From an uncultured Chloroflexia bacterium (GTDB taxonomy: Bacteria; Chloroflexota; Limnocylindria; QHBO01): a DNA stretch of 64,000 nt. How positions within the stretch are numbered: position 1 is the stretch's first letter; the number at the start of each line of letters is the position of its first letter. The notes beneath the pieces were generated by a model that saw nothing but the letters and a program-made list of their open reading frames with translations, searched no databases and was not told the origin of the DNA. Below, one piece after another: positions 20,430 through 31,008 of the stretch. The translations under genes were made by a program, and so were the position numbers. The stretch spans positions 128,001-192,000 of the forward strand of contig CAWHAZ010000005.1 in assembly GCA_963827475.1 (NCBI GenBank), read 5' to 3'.

Positions 20430-20933
20430 CTAGCTGGCGGGCGCCCACTGCACCAGCGGATCGTCACACGTGGCCGGTTCGTCGAGCAACCGACAGCGCT
20501 CGAGCTCGATCTGACCACCCTGCGAGAACGAAATCAGGAAATACACGCGCCCCATGTACGGTTCTGACGGCCAATTCTGAATGAGGTCGATGCATCGGGC
20601 GGTGATGAGGAAATCGGTCGCAATCGTCCCGTCGCACATTTCGTTGTAGTAGTCGGGTGGTCCGCTGCTTTGGACGAAAGCCAAGAAGAAGCAGCTGCCG
20701 ATCTGTCGTGCGTGCCATTCCGGCTCCGGTGCGTCGACTGCCGACCACAGGCCGGTGAGGTTCACCAATTGACCATCCGGACCGCGTAGCTCGATCTCCT
20801 CGCACCCGATCTCGCCCGGCACGCCGAGGGCTCCCGCCGGCGTTTCGGTTAGAGGTGGGGCACTGGGCCCGCTGGGACCGGTGCACGCGACCACGAGCAG
20901 GGCCGCTGCGATCGCCGCGAGCCGCCCGCTCAT
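20430..20933 (-). CDS. Cys-rich lipoprotein, unknown function (paralogue B)
   Basis: LVVAC lipobox; PDGQLVNLTGLW...RQIGSCFF...CDGTIATDFLITARC. Confidence 0.75.
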   Translation of the reverse strand: MSGRLAAIAAALLVVACTGPSGPSAPPLTETPAGALGVPGEIGCEEIELRGPDGQLVNLTGLWSAVDAPEPEWHARQIGSCFFLAFVQSSGPPDYYNEMCDGTIATDFLITARCIDLIQNWPSEPYMGRVYFLISFSQGGQIELERCRLLDEPATCDDPLVQWAPAS

Positions 20934-21597
20934 CTCCGGATGGGCCAGCCGGAGGCGGCGTCGATGTCGGTCTCGGTGACGCCGTCATGGAGGGCGGAAA
21001 GCTCCATCTCGCCATCGGTCTCGAACCGGTAGACCCCCAGCTGGGTGATGACCGATGTCGGCCCGCCGCTGGCCCACGCCGGCCGCGGGGTGCCGTCCGG
21101 ATGGCGGTGGCCGGGCGAGGTCACGAAGTCAACCCGCTCGACGAAGGTCTTCGGCGACTGGTTCATGACGATGACCACCCGCGCGGCGTTCAGCGCGATC
21201 TCGCAGGCGCCGCCAGAGCCGGGCAGCCGAGTCGTCGGGTGGTCGTACGGACCGATGACCGTGGTGTTCAGGTTGCCCCAGCGGTCGATCTGGGCGGCGC
21301 CGAGCAAGCCGACCTCGATCCGTCCGCCCTGGAGGAAGTAGGCGAACAGGTCATGCATCGACATCGTGGCTGTGGCGCCGCTGACGAGGGCCGGGTCGCC
21401 GATGCTGTCCGGGAGCCTCGTCGGCCGGAGCCGATGACGCCCGACTCGTAGATCAGCTCGAGGTCCGGGGCGACCGTCTGGCGGGCGAGGTTGGCGGCGG
21501 CGTTCGGCAGGCCGATGCCGACGAAGACGGTCTTGACCCCCACCAGCTCCGCCGCGGCGGCAGCGATCATGAGCTCGTCCGGGGTCCTTGCGCTCAT
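20930..21597 (-). CDS. CoA-transferase subunit B (glutaconate/3-oxoadipate type), frameshifted
   Basis: VFVGIGLP, LIYESG, GAAQIDRWGNLNTT, RLPGSGGA. Confidence 0.85.
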
Positions 21598-22512
21598 CGG
21601 TATTCGCCGTAGTCGACCGATCCAGAGGGTCGAGGACCGGGCTTCAGGGCGTCCAAGGTCTCGTGGTCGAGCTTGGCCAGGTACGCGCGCCCGGTCGGGG
21701 ACGTCGCGGACCCATTCGTCCAGCCAGGCGTCCAGACGGGCGGGGTCGCGGCTGATCGGATCCCAGTCGCGGTAGAACGCGTTGTCGCGGTCGTAGTAGC
21801 CCTGGGCGAACGACGGGTGCGCACCGTACGGCTCGACGCAGACGGCCGTGACCGCCACCCCGGGGAGTAGCGTGCGGTCCGGGTCGGAGCGGATGACGTC
21901 GCCGTCGACCAGCTCCTCGACGACCACGATCACGGCGCGTTCGGCGGCGAGGGCCGCCTCCCGCTGGACCCCGACCAGCCCCCAGACCTGGGTGTTGCCC
22001 TCCGCGTCCGCGCGCTGGGCGTGGATGATCGTCACGTCGGGGTTGAGCGGCGGGACGACCGCGACCTCGTCGTCGGGGGCGTAGGGGGAGCTGACCGAGC
22101 GAATCTGCGGGTTGGCGGCCGGCAGGTCCGAGCCGGCGTACGAGCGGAGCGGGTAGAAGGGGAGGTGCGCGGCCCCCGCCACGTATCGGCCCACCATCCC
22201 GAAGTGGCTGTACTCCTCGATCTCGAGGCTGCCGTCCTCCACCGCACGGCGGATGGCGTGCAGCGAGCCGACGCCGGGGTTGCCGAGCCACGAGAACACG
22301 AGCTTGCGCGCGCAGCCGGCGGCCACCATCTGGTCGTAGACCAGGTCCGGGGTCAGCCGGGCCAGGGTCAGGTCCCGGCGGCCCTGGCGGATGATCTCGT
22401 GACCGGCCGCGAACGAGATGAGGTGGGTGAACCCCTCGATCGCGACCAGGTCACCGTCATGGACGTGGGCGGCGACGGCCTCCGCCAGCGGGACAGAACC
22501 TTGCCCGGCGTG
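21594..22512 (-). CDS. CoA-transferase subunit A, frameshifted; start approximate
   Basis: EGFTHLISFAAGHEIIRQ, FSWLGNPGVGSLH, HAQRADAEGN, GAHPSFAQGYYDRD. Confidence 0.85.
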
Positions 22513-22515
22513 CGC

Positions 22516-23889
22516 TCAGCCTCCGGTCTCGTGCATCCCCGGTCGCGGGCGGATGGGACAGCCAACCGATGCCAGCGCATCCGCGTACAGGTCGATGGCG
22601 GTGTCGACCGCGGTCTCGTCGACCATCAGCGGCGGACAGAAGCGGATCGACGCCTCACCGCACTCGAGGATGAGCAGGCCGCGCTCGAAGGCGGCCAGCT
22701 CGACCGCGTTCGACTCCCCGTGCGAGGCGAACTCGACGCCGAGCATCAGGCCCTTGCCCCGGATGTCGCGGACGACGCCGCACTCCTCCGACGCGTACTC
22801 GACCCCGGCCCGCAGCCGCTCCCCCATGGCCTCGGCGTTGGCCATCAGCCCGCCTTCCAGCAGGTCGAGGGTGGCCATCGCCGCGGCGCAGCAGACGGGG
22901 TTGCCCGCGAACGTGCTGCCGTGGGCGCCGGCCTCCCAGGTGAACAGCTTCTCCCGACCGATGAACGCGCCGAGCGGCATGCCCGACGCGATGCCCTTGG
23001 CGATGGTGGCCACGTCCGGCTCCACGCCGTACCACTCCATGGCCCACATCCGCCCGGTGCGGCCCATCCCGGACTGGATCTCGTCGGCGATGAGCAGGAT
23101 GCCGTGCTCGTCGCAGATCTGGCGCAGGCCGCGGACGAAGGCCTCGGGGGCGGGGAAGTAGCCGCCCTCGCCCTGGATCGGCTCGAACACGATGGCCGCC
23201 ACGTCCTCCGGCGACACCAGGCGGCCGAGGATCGTCTTGCGCAGGTACTCCAGCTCCGCGGCGCCGTCGCCGCCCGACCCTTCCTTCCAGGAGCGGACCC
23301 GGGGGAACGGGGCGTGGTAGACCATCGGCAGGAGCGGGCCGAAGCCCGCCCGCTGGCGAATCTTCGAATTGGTGAGCGACAGCGAGCCCATGGTCCGTCC
23401 GTGGAATCCGCCCTCGAAGGCGATGATCCCGGGGCGGCCCGTGTGGTGGCGGGCAAGCTTGATCGCGCCCTCCACCGCCTCCGTCCCGGAGTTGGTGAGG
23501 AAGACGCGTGCCTTGTCCTCGAAGGGGGCGAGGGCGGCCAGCCGCTCGCTGAGCTCGAGATAGCGCGGCTCGTAGTAGTCGGTGGCCGCGATGTGGATGA
23601 GCTTCTCCGCCTGCTCGCTGATGGCGGCGGTCACGGCGGGATGGGCGTGGCCGGTGAGCGCGACCGCGATCCCGGCGGCGAAGTCGAGGAACTGGTTGCC
23701 GTCCACGTCGGTGACGACGTAGCCGCTCCCCGATTCCGCGACCAGCGGGTAGGCGCGGGTCAGCGAGGGGCTGGTGACGGCGGCGTCACGGGCGAGGATC
23801 TCGCGGGCGCGCGGCCCGGGCAGCTCCGTGACGAGATGGGGGACAGCCGGCGCGTGGTCGGCCGCTTGACGAAAGGCCCGAACGGTCAT
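22516..23889 (-). CDS. Class III PLP aminotransferase (GabT/acetylornithine family)
   Basis: NSGTEAVE, FHGRT, EPIQGEGG, DEIQSGMGRTG, AKGIASG. Confidence 0.92.
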   Translation of the reverse strand: MTVRAFRQAADHAPAVPHLVTELPGPRAREILARDAAVTSPSLTRAYPLVAESGSGYVVTDVDGNQFLDFAAGIAVALTGHAHPAVTAAISEQAEKLIHIAATDYYEPRYLELSERLAALAPFEDKARVFLTNSGTEAVEGAIKLARHHTGRPGIIAFEGGFHGRTMGSLSLTNSKIRQRAGFGPLLPMVYHAPFPRVRSWKEGSGGDGAAELEYLRKTILGRLVSPEDVAAIVFEPIQGEGGYFPAPEAFVRGLRQICDEHGILLIADEIQSGMGRTGRMWAMEWYGVEPDVATIAKGIASGMPLGAFIGREKLFTWEAGAHGSTFAGNPVCCAAAMATLDLLEGGLMANAEAMGERLRAGVEYASEECGVVRDIRGKGLMLGVEFASHGESNAVELAAFERGLLILECGEASIRFCPPLMVDETAVDTAIDLYADALASVGCPIRPRPGMHETGG

Positions 23890-23934
23890 GTGCGGATACC
23901 TGATCGAAGCGGCGCGTCCTGCCCGCGCCTCTGG

Positions 23935-24996
23935 CTAGATTGCCGCAGATGTTAGCGCCTTGACCACCTCCCCGATCAAGCCCGGCCCGGCATACACCAT
24001 CCCGGTCCACAGCTGGACGAGATCGGCTCCGGCCTCTCGCGCCCGCCGGGCGTCGTCGCCGGAGAAGATGCCGCCGGACGCGATCAGGGTGAACCGATCC
24101 CCGGCCTCCGCCTTCACGACACCGATCGCGGTCAGCATGTCCGTCAGCAGCGGCCGGCCGGACAGCCCGCCCTCGTCGGCCCCGGGCGGGAGCGCCGACC
24201 GCAGCCCGTCCCGCGAGCGGGAGGTGTTGGACAGGATCAGGCCGGCCGCCGGCGTGGTTCCCAGCGCGTCGACCAGGAGCCGCAGCCGTGCGGTGGGCTG
24301 GTCCGGCGGCAGCTTCACGACCAGCGGCCGCCTTGGGGTCGACCGCGCCCAGGGCGACGACGAGCGCCGCCAGGCGGTCCGGCTCCTGGAGGGCGGCCAG
24401 GCCCGCGGTGTTCGGGGAGCTGACGTTGATCGCGATGTAATCCGCGACGGGTGCGACGGCCGCAGCCGCGGCGACGTAGTCCTCCTCGGCGGCCTCGTCG
24501 GCAGTTGCCGCGCCGCGGCCGACGCTCACCCCGACCACGAAGTCCTGCGGCAGCCACGGCCGTGCCCGGGCGACCCGCTCCGCGAGCGGCGGCCGCTCCG
24601 AGCGTTGTTGAGGCCCATCCGGTTGACGAGCGCGCCGTCATCGGCCAGGCGCCAGACGCGGGGACGGGGGTTGCCGGACTGGGCCAGGGGCGTGACCGTC
24701 CCGACCTCCGCGAACCCGTAGCCCAGGGCCGCCCAGCCGGGGAGCGCCTCGCCGTCCTTGTCGAAACCCGCGGCCAGGCCGACCGGGTTGCGGAAGCGCA
24801 GGCCCATGTGCTCGACCGGGTGCGCGGCCCACGTTCCCTCCGGGCCGTCGGCGGCGAGGTGGCTCAGCAGGGTCCGCCCGTACGAGCCCTCCGCGACCTT
24901 GCGCACGGACGTCACGGTCATGTCGTGGATCCACTCGGAGTCGGCCGAGAAGAAGAGGGGACGCAGGCCCTCGTACAGGTCGCGCTGCCAGCCCAT
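23935..24996 (-). CDS. pyrD: Quinone-dependent dihydroorotate dehydrogenase, frameshifted
   Basis: [41 protein letters not shown]. Confidence 0.9.
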
Positions 24997-25008
24997 CTCG
25001 CCGGAGGG

Positions 25009-25431
25009 TCAGGTGTCGTGGGCGCGGGGGAAGGCCATCTCCGCCGGCCAGACCGGGGGCAGGGGCTCGCCGGACGCATCGGTCCGCATGCCCGTCGGCG
25101 ACATGAACTCGTGCCAGACCTCGGTCCCGGCCGCCGGCGGGTCGTCCAGCTCCTTGATGGCCACGATCCCGTCGAACCGGATCGTGCCGGGCCGGCCGTC
25201 ATCGGTCTCGAAGTCGTCCTCGTACTGGGTCGCGATCTCGACCGCCTGGCCCATGGCCGTCTCCTCGTCGTCCCCGTCGACCAGGACCACCCGGTCCTCG
25301 ACCAGGTACGGCTCGGCCGCTTCCTCGACCAGGTACGCGTAGCGCAGCTCGACGGCGAACCAGCCGCTGCTCACGACCCGGGCGGCGGCCGGGTCGGCCT
25401 CGACCGCGGTGGAGCGGCGGAGCTCGGTCAC
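25009..25431 (-). CDS. DUF4288-like protein
   Basis: WFAVELRY...EDRVVLV...F-x-G...GTEVW; overlaps upstream stop (GTGA). Confidence 0.65.
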   Translation of the reverse strand: MTELRRSTAVEADPAAARVVSSGWFAVELRYAYLVEEAAEPYLVEDRVVLVDGDDEETAMGQAVEIATQYEDDFETDDGRPGTIRFDGIVAIKELDDPPAAGTEVWHEFMSPTGMRTDASGEPLPPVWPAEMAFPRAHDT

Positions 25432-27023
25432 GCCGGCGGCGGCTCCTCGCCCATCACCGTCTGCGACTGCTCGCGCATGAACTGCATGACGTAGTACGGG
25501 CCCAGGCCGCTCTTGCCGGACGATCCCGAGCCCTTCCAGCCGCCGAACGACTGGATGCCGGGCCACGCCCCGGTGGTCGCGCCGCTGCGCCGGTTCACGT
25601 ACGTCACCCCGGCCTGGATGGTGGAGAGGAACTGCTCGATCTCGGATCGGTCGCCGGAGAAGATCCCGGCCGTCAGCCCGTAGGCGGTGTCGTTGGCCAG
25701 CTGCAACGCCTCGTCCAGCGAGTCGACCTCCGCCACCACCACGAACGGGACGAACAGCTCGTCGCGGAACAGGCGGTGCGTGGCCGGCAGCCCGGTCACC
25801 ACGGTTGGGGTCGGGTAGTAGCCGCGCGCCTCGTCGCCGCTGTCGAGGACCTCGCCGCCGGCCTCGATCGTGCCGCCGTCGCGCCGCGCCTCGGCCACCG
25901 CATCGGTGAACTTGCGCAGCGAGCGCTCGTTGATGACCGGCCCCATCCAGTTCTCCTGATCGGTGGGGTCGCCGACCTTGATCTCCTGGGCGCGCTGCGC
26001 CAGGCGGGCGACGAAGTCGGAGGCGACGCGGCGGTCGACGTAGACGCGGGAGTTGGCGCTGCACTTCTGGCCGTCGAACCCGAACGCGGAGCGGGCCACG
26101 CCCTCCGCCGCCACGTCGAGGTCGGCGCTGGCGGTGACGATGGCCGGGTTCTTGCCGCCCATCTCGGTGATGATCGGCCGCGGATAGTCGCGGGTGAAGT
26201 TGCGATAGAGCCGCATCCCGACCTGGTACGAGCCGGTGAACACCATCCCGTCGATCCCCGGGTTGTCCTCCAGCTCGGCGCCGACCGTGTCGCCCGGGCC
26301 GGTGACGAAGTTCACGACCCCGTCCGGGATGCCGGCGTCGCGCAGGGCCTCGACGAACTTCCAGCCCATCAGCGGCGCGTCGGACGAGGGCTTCATGACC
26401 ACCGTGTTGCCCGCGATCAGGGCACCGGAAGCCGGGCCGCCGGCCAGCGCCATCGGGAAGTTGAACGGGCTGATCACGGCCCACACGCCGTGCGGCTTGA
26501 GGATCGAGCGGGTGTGCTCCTCCGGCGTCAGCGAGCCCATCGGCTTCACGAAGCCGTCGTGTGCCTCCATCTGGTCGGCGTAGTAGCGCAGCAGGTCGGC
26601 CGTCTCCTCGACGTCGCCGAGGGCCTCCAGCCGGTTCTTGCCGACCTCGAAGGTCATGAGCGCGGCGTACTCGAACTGCCGCTCGCTGATCAGGTCGGCG
26701 GCGCGACGGATGATCTCCAGCCGCTTTCGCCAGCCGAGATCACGCCAGGCGGGGAAGGCGTCACGCGCGGCCGCCACCGCGTCGCGGACGTCCTGCCGGC
26801 CGCCGAGCGGGAAGCGGCTGACGACCAGGTCGGTGTCGATCGGTGACCGATGCTCGAACGTGTCGCCTGAGGTCCGCAGCTCCGCGCCGATGAGCATGGG
26901 GTACGACCTGCCCAGCTCCCCGCGAGCCCATTCGACGGCCCGATCGAACCCAGCCTGGAGCTCGGGGTTGTCCGCGCTCAGGGTGGCGTAGGTGATCTTC
27001 AGGCGGGGCGTGGTGGCCGTCAC
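25428..27023 (-). CDS. Aldehyde dehydrogenase, 1-pyrroline-5-carboxylate dehydrogenase-like
   Basis: ISPFNFP, FTGS, EMGGKN, SAFGFDGQKCSANSR, YGLT, TTGA, FGGWKGSG. Confidence 0.88.
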   Translation of the reverse strand: MTATTPRLKITYATLSADNPELQAGFDRAVEWARGELGRSYPMLIGAELRTSGDTFEHRSPIDTDLVVSRFPLGGRQDVRDAVAAARDAFPAWRDLGWRKRLEIIRRAADLISERQFEYAALMTFEVGKNRLEALGDVEETADLLRYYADQMEAHDGFVKPMGSLTPEEHTRSILKPHGVWAVISPFNFPMALAGGPASGALIAGNTVVMKPSSDAPLMGWKFVEALRDAGIPDGVVNFVTGPGDTVGAELEDNPGIDGMVFTGSYQVGMRLYRNFTRDYPRPIITEMGGKNPAIVTASADLDVAAEGVARSAFGFDGQKCSANSRVYVDRRVASDFVARLAQRAQEIKVGDPTDQENWMGPVINERSLRKFTDAVAEARRDGGTIEAGGEVLDSGDEARGYYPTPTVVTGLPATHRLFRDELFVPFVVVAEVDSLDEALQLANDTAYGLTAGIFSGDRSEIEQFLSTIQAGVTYVNRRSGATTGAWPGIQSFGGWKGSGSSGKSGLGPYYVMQFMREQSQTVMGEEPPPA

Positions 27024-27167
27024 GAAGGGCTCCCGGCTGCGGTGGGGGGCGATTATCGCACCGGCCTGCGAGCGGCGGGCACAGCGGGAGGCCAGGCTCC
27101 GGGGGGAGAAGAACCTGGCCTCCCGACTCCGGATGATAGACAACTGGGTTCCCGCCGGGAACCGATT

Positions 27168-27869
27168 TCAGGCAGGCGCCTTGGCCAGGTGGTAGAGGCC
27201 CAATTTGAGCTCCGGCATGTCCGGATGGGCGGTCATCAGGAAGGCCCGGGCCCGGTCCCCGTACAGGCGCGGCAGGACCGCGTGGGCGGACTCGAGGTCG
27301 CGCAGGTCGAGCCGGGCGTGGACCACCTTGATCTTGAACCCGTGCCGCAGCCACCACCCGGTCCGCCGCTGGGTGGCGTGGCGGGCCTCGGCCACGACCT
27401 CCGGCTCGAGCAGCGGAGCGACGTCGTCGCGGCCGTAGTAGCCCATGACCACCAGCCGCCCGCCGGGCCGGATGACGCGCAGCGCCTCGGCAATGGCCGG
27501 GAGCCACGCGTCCTCGGCCTCGATCAGGCCGTGGAGCACGATGTCCACCGCCGCGTCCCGCAGGGGAAGCGCGGTCGGCGCCCCCTCCACCATCCGGATG
27601 TTCGGCTGGTGTGCCGCGCTGGCGCGCTGCCGGGCCGCGTCCAGGAGCTCCGGGTCGGACTCGATGCCGTAGGTCCGTGCCGTCCGCCGGGCGAGCAGCA
27701 TCGGGTAGTGCCCGATCCCGGTCCCCACGTCCGCGATCCGCTTCCCTGACAGCGGCACGATCCGCTCCAGCGCGGCGAGCACCTTGCGGCCCGGGTCCAC
27801 CATCTCCCCCAGCCGGTCGTACAGGTCCGGATCCGGCTCGGTCCAGGCGGGGAGGATGCCTCGCATCAT
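27168..27869 (-). CDS. Class I SAM-dependent methyltransferase
   Basis: IADVGTGIG motif I, LPLRDAAVD, LRVIRPGGRL. Confidence 0.85.
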   Translation of the reverse strand: MMRGILPAWTEPDPDLYDRLGEMVDPGRKVLAALERIVPLSGKRIADVGTGIGHYPMLLARRTARTYGIESDPELLDAARQRASAAHQPNIRMVEGAPTALPLRDAAVDIVLHGLIEAEDAWLPAIAEALRVIRPGGRLVVMGYYGRDDVAPLLEPEVVAEARHATQRRTGWWLRHGFKIKVVHARLDLRDLESAHAVLPRLYGDRARAFLMTAHPDMPELKLGLYHLAKAPA

Positions 27870-27885
27870 GGGCGTGGCTCCGCCA

Positions 27886-28533
27886 TCACGGCACCTCGAC
27901 CCGAAACTCCGCGGGAAGCCCGGTATCGAGCGTGAGCAACGCCTCGCCGGCGAGGACCTGCAGCTCGAACGAGACCGGTCCCGTGATCCGGCGATTGGCC
28001 ACGATCGGAATCTGGAGCGAGGCAGGTGCGGCCAGCAGCGGGCCCCAGCCCAGCGAGGTCGTGCCGGCCGGCTCGCCGCGGAGGCCCGGCCCGACCACCC
28101 ACTTCGTCCACGGCTGGACGAGCGGCGGGCAGCCGTTGCAGATCCGGTCGTCCGAGGGAGTGAACGGCGCGAGGAACAGGTGCTCATCCAGGGACGTCGA
28201 CCAGCGGAGGACGAGCTCGGGAATCATCGACCCATCGAGGTTGGCCACGGTGACCGTGATCGTGCCGGACGCATCGGTCGCGAGATTGGGGGCCACCGTG
28301 ACCGTCACCCGCCGCGGGTCCGTGCTCGACGGAGCTGGAAGCGAGTACGGCTCCGGCGTCGGCTCGGGGGTGACGCTGGGCTCGGCGGTGGGAGTCGGCT
28401 CCGGCGTCGGCGTGGACGTCGGGCTCGGCGTCGGCGTTTCGGTGGGCAGCGGCAGGCATGCGCTGGCGCTCACGAGCACCAGCAATCCGAGAATCGCCCG
28501 CCGGACAGCGCGGGGCGAGGGGCGGGCCGACAT
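27886..28533 (-). CDS. Putative lipoprotein with PT linker
   Basis: VSASAC lipobox, PTPTPEP repeats, CNGC. Confidence 0.7.
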   Translation of the reverse strand: MSARPSPRAVRRAILGLLVLVSASACLPLPTETPTPSPTSTPTPEPTPTAEPSVTPEPTPEPYSLPAPSSTDPRRVTVTVAPNLATDASGTITVTVANLDGSMIPELVLRWSTSLDEHLFLAPFTPSDDRICNGCPPLVQPWTKWVVGPGLRGEPAGTTSLGWGPLLAAPASLQIPIVANRRITGPVSFELQVLAGEALLTLDTGLPAEFRVEVP

Positions 28534-28576
28534 GCCGCCGCATGGTAGTGGACGACCCCTTGCTACGATGGCCGGC

Positions 28577-29002
28577 ATGGAGCCCGCCACGCCCACCGTC
28601 CGGCCCAGGCCCGCCTTCGGCATCGTGGCCTGGTTCGTCTGGGTGGCGGTCCTGCTGGGGGTGACCGGCGTGCTCCTGCCCCAGGTCATTGCCTTCGTCG
28701 ACTTCAGCGAACGCGCGCCGTTCTCGATGCTCGGCATCGTGATGATGGCCGAGCTGGCGGTCGTCTTCTTCGGCCTCACCCTGGTCATCCAGCACAAGCG
28801 GGCGGGCCGTGGCTTCGCCATTGCGATCTCGCTCCTGCCGGTGCCCATCCTGGCCGGCCTGATCCCGGTCCTGCTGGACATGCCCCCGGCCGCGGCCGCA
28901 GGCTGGAGCACGCTGATGGTGCCCCTCGGGCTGGCCATCAGCGCGGTGCTCATCTTCAGCCTGACGCGGCCCGGCGCCCGGGCGTGGTTCACGGAGGACT
29001 GA
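28577..29002 (+). CDS. Small four-TM membrane protein
   Basis: Four hydrophobic segments, ends RPGARAWF; TACGAT 7 nt upstream. Confidence 0.7.
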   Translation: MEPATPTVRPRPAFGIVAWFVWVAVLLGVTGVLLPQVIAFVDFSERAPFSMLGIVMMAELAVVFFGLTLVIQHKRAGRGFAIAISLLPVPILAGLIPVLLDMPPAAAAGWSTLMVPLGLAISAVLIFSLTRPGARAWFTED

Positions 29003-29005
29003 CCG

Positions 29006-29967
29006 ATGCGCCTCGTCGCCTTCACCTCCACCCTCGCCGATGGACCGCCCGGCCGATGCCTGGGCATCGAGCGGGCGGACGGGATCCTCGATCTGACCGA
29101 TCTCGTTGGCGCCGATCTCGGCGCGGTGCTGGCCGGCGCCGATCCGGTCGCGGTCCTGACCGATGCCGAGTCCGAGGCGGTCTACGAGGGACAGACCCAC
29201 GTCCCGATGAGCGACGTCCGGCTCCTGGCCCCGCTGGCCCACCCCGGGAAGATCGTGTGCGTGGGGCTGAACTACCACGACCACTGCCGCGAGCAGAACG
29301 TCGAGCCGCCCGACTACCCGATGCTGTTCGCGAAGTTCCCCAACGCGATCAGCGACCCCGGCATGCCGGTCCTGCGGCCGCGGGCCACCGAGATGCTCGA
29401 CCTCGAGGCCGAGCTGGCGGTGGTCATCGGCTGGCGCGCCTCGCGGGTGTCGGTGGCGCGGGCCATGGACCACGTCTTCGGGTTCACGATCCTCAACGAC
29501 ATCACCGCCCGCGACCTCCAGCGCGAGGACCGGCAGTGGCTGCGGGCGAAGGGCTCGGACGGCTTCGCCCCGCTCGGGCCGGCGATCGTGACCCGCGACG
29601 AGATCGGCGATCCGGCGAACCTCGCGATCAGCTCCCGGGTCAATGGCGAGACGTGGCAGGACTCGAGCACGGCCGACATGATCTGGGACGTCGCCACGCC
29701 TGTTGGCGTTCATCACCCGCTCCATCACCCTCGAGCCGGGCGACATCGTCGCCACCGGCACCCCGGCCGGGGTCGGCCACTACCACCAGCCGCCGCGCTA
29801 CCTCGCCGCCGGGGACGTGGTCGCGTGCGAGATCGCCGGCATCGGGGTGCTGGAGAACACGATCGTGGACGAGCAGCCCCGGGCCGAGGACCACGCGACC
29901 GCGGCCGGGGTGGCGGAGCTGGCCGTCGAGCCGGCGACCACGACCGACGACGACCGCGGGCGACTGA
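29006..29967 (+). CDS. Fumarylacetoacetate hydrolase family protein (frameshift near 29700)
   Basis: KIVCVGLNYHDH, DLEAEL, NDITARDLQ, TLEPGDIVATGTPAGVG. Confidence 0.9.
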
Positions 29968-29969
29968 CG

Positions 29970-30995
29970 ATGCGCGCCCTGGCCAAGACGCGACCGGAGC
30001 CGGGGCTCGAGATCATCGACGCGCCGGTGCCGACGCCCGGGCCGGGCGAGGTCCAGCTGAAGATCGAGGCCGCCAGCGTGTGCGGGACCGATCGCCATCT
30101 CTACCTGTGGGACCGCTGGGCGGCCGAGAACGTTCGTCCCCCGGTCATCCTCGGCCACGAGCTCGCGGGCCGGGTGGCGGCCGCCGGCGCCGGCGTGAGC
30201 CGCGTCCGCGAGGGTGACCTGGTCGGCGTCGAGTCGCACCTGTTCTGCGGCGCATGCGCCCAGTGCCAGGCCGGCTCGCCGCACCTGTGTCGTGACCTGC
30301 GCGTGATCGGCGCCCACGTGGACGGCGGGTACGCGGAGTTCGTCGTCATTCCCGAGGCCAACGCGGTGGAGTCGAACGGCCTCGACCCGTCGGTCGTCGC
30401 CCTCCAGGAGCCGATGGGCAACGCCGTCCACGCCGCGTTCGTGGAACCGATTGCCGGGCGCACGGTGGCCGTGACCGGATGCGGGCCAATCGGGCTGTGC
30501 GCGGTCGGCATCGCCAAGGCGGCCGGCGCCGCGCTGGTGGTGGCCACCGACACGGAGGCCTACCGCCTCGAGCTCGCGACCCGGATGGGGGCGGACCTCG
30601 CCCTCGATGCGACCAGCCCCGACCTGGTGGAGCAGGTGATGGCCGCGACCGGCGGCGACGGGGTGGAGGTGGTGCTGGAGATGAGCGGCTCGGCCACCGC
30701 GCTGGACCAGGCCATGCGGTTCGCGACCCGAGGCGGGCGGATCAGCCTGCTCGGGATCTTCGGCGAGCCGGTGGCCGTCGACCTCTCGAACCTGTTCATC
30801 GAGAAGGGCCTGCGGGCCTACGGCATCTTCGGGCGGCGGATCTACGACACGTGGGAGCGGACGCAGGACCTGCTGCGGTCCGGCGCGCTGAACGTGGCGC
30901 CGATCCTCACCCATCGGTTCGACCTCGCCGACTGGAAGCAGGGCTTTGACCTGCTCGGGTCGCGCCACGCCGGGAAGGTGGTGCTCCTGCCATGA
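29970..30995 (+). CDS. tdh: L-threonine 3-dehydrogenase
   Basis: CGTD, GHE, ESHLFCGACAQC, EPMGNAVH, GCGPIG, GRRIYDTW; adjacent to kbl. Confidence 0.92.
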   Translation: MRALAKTRPEPGLEIIDAPVPTPGPGEVQLKIEAASVCGTDRHLYLWDRWAAENVRPPVILGHELAGRVAAAGAGVSRVREGDLVGVESHLFCGACAQCQAGSPHLCRDLRVIGAHVDGGYAEFVVIPEANAVESNGLDPSVVALQEPMGNAVHAAFVEPIAGRTVAVTGCGPIGLCAVGIAKAAGAALVVATDTEAYRLELATRMGADLALDATSPDLVEQVMAATGGDGVEVVLEMSGSATALDQAMRFATRGGRISLLGIFGEPVAVDLSNLFIEKGLRAYGIFGRRIYDTWERTQDLLRSGALNVAPILTHRFDLADWKQGFDLLGSRHAGKVVLLP

Positions 30996-31008
30996 ACGAG
31001 GTGCGGCC

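Noticed and set aside
29006-30995. Apparent FAH-Tdh fusion
   Set aside because: A TGA at 29965-29967 directly precedes the tdh ATG in another frame; likely indel noise.
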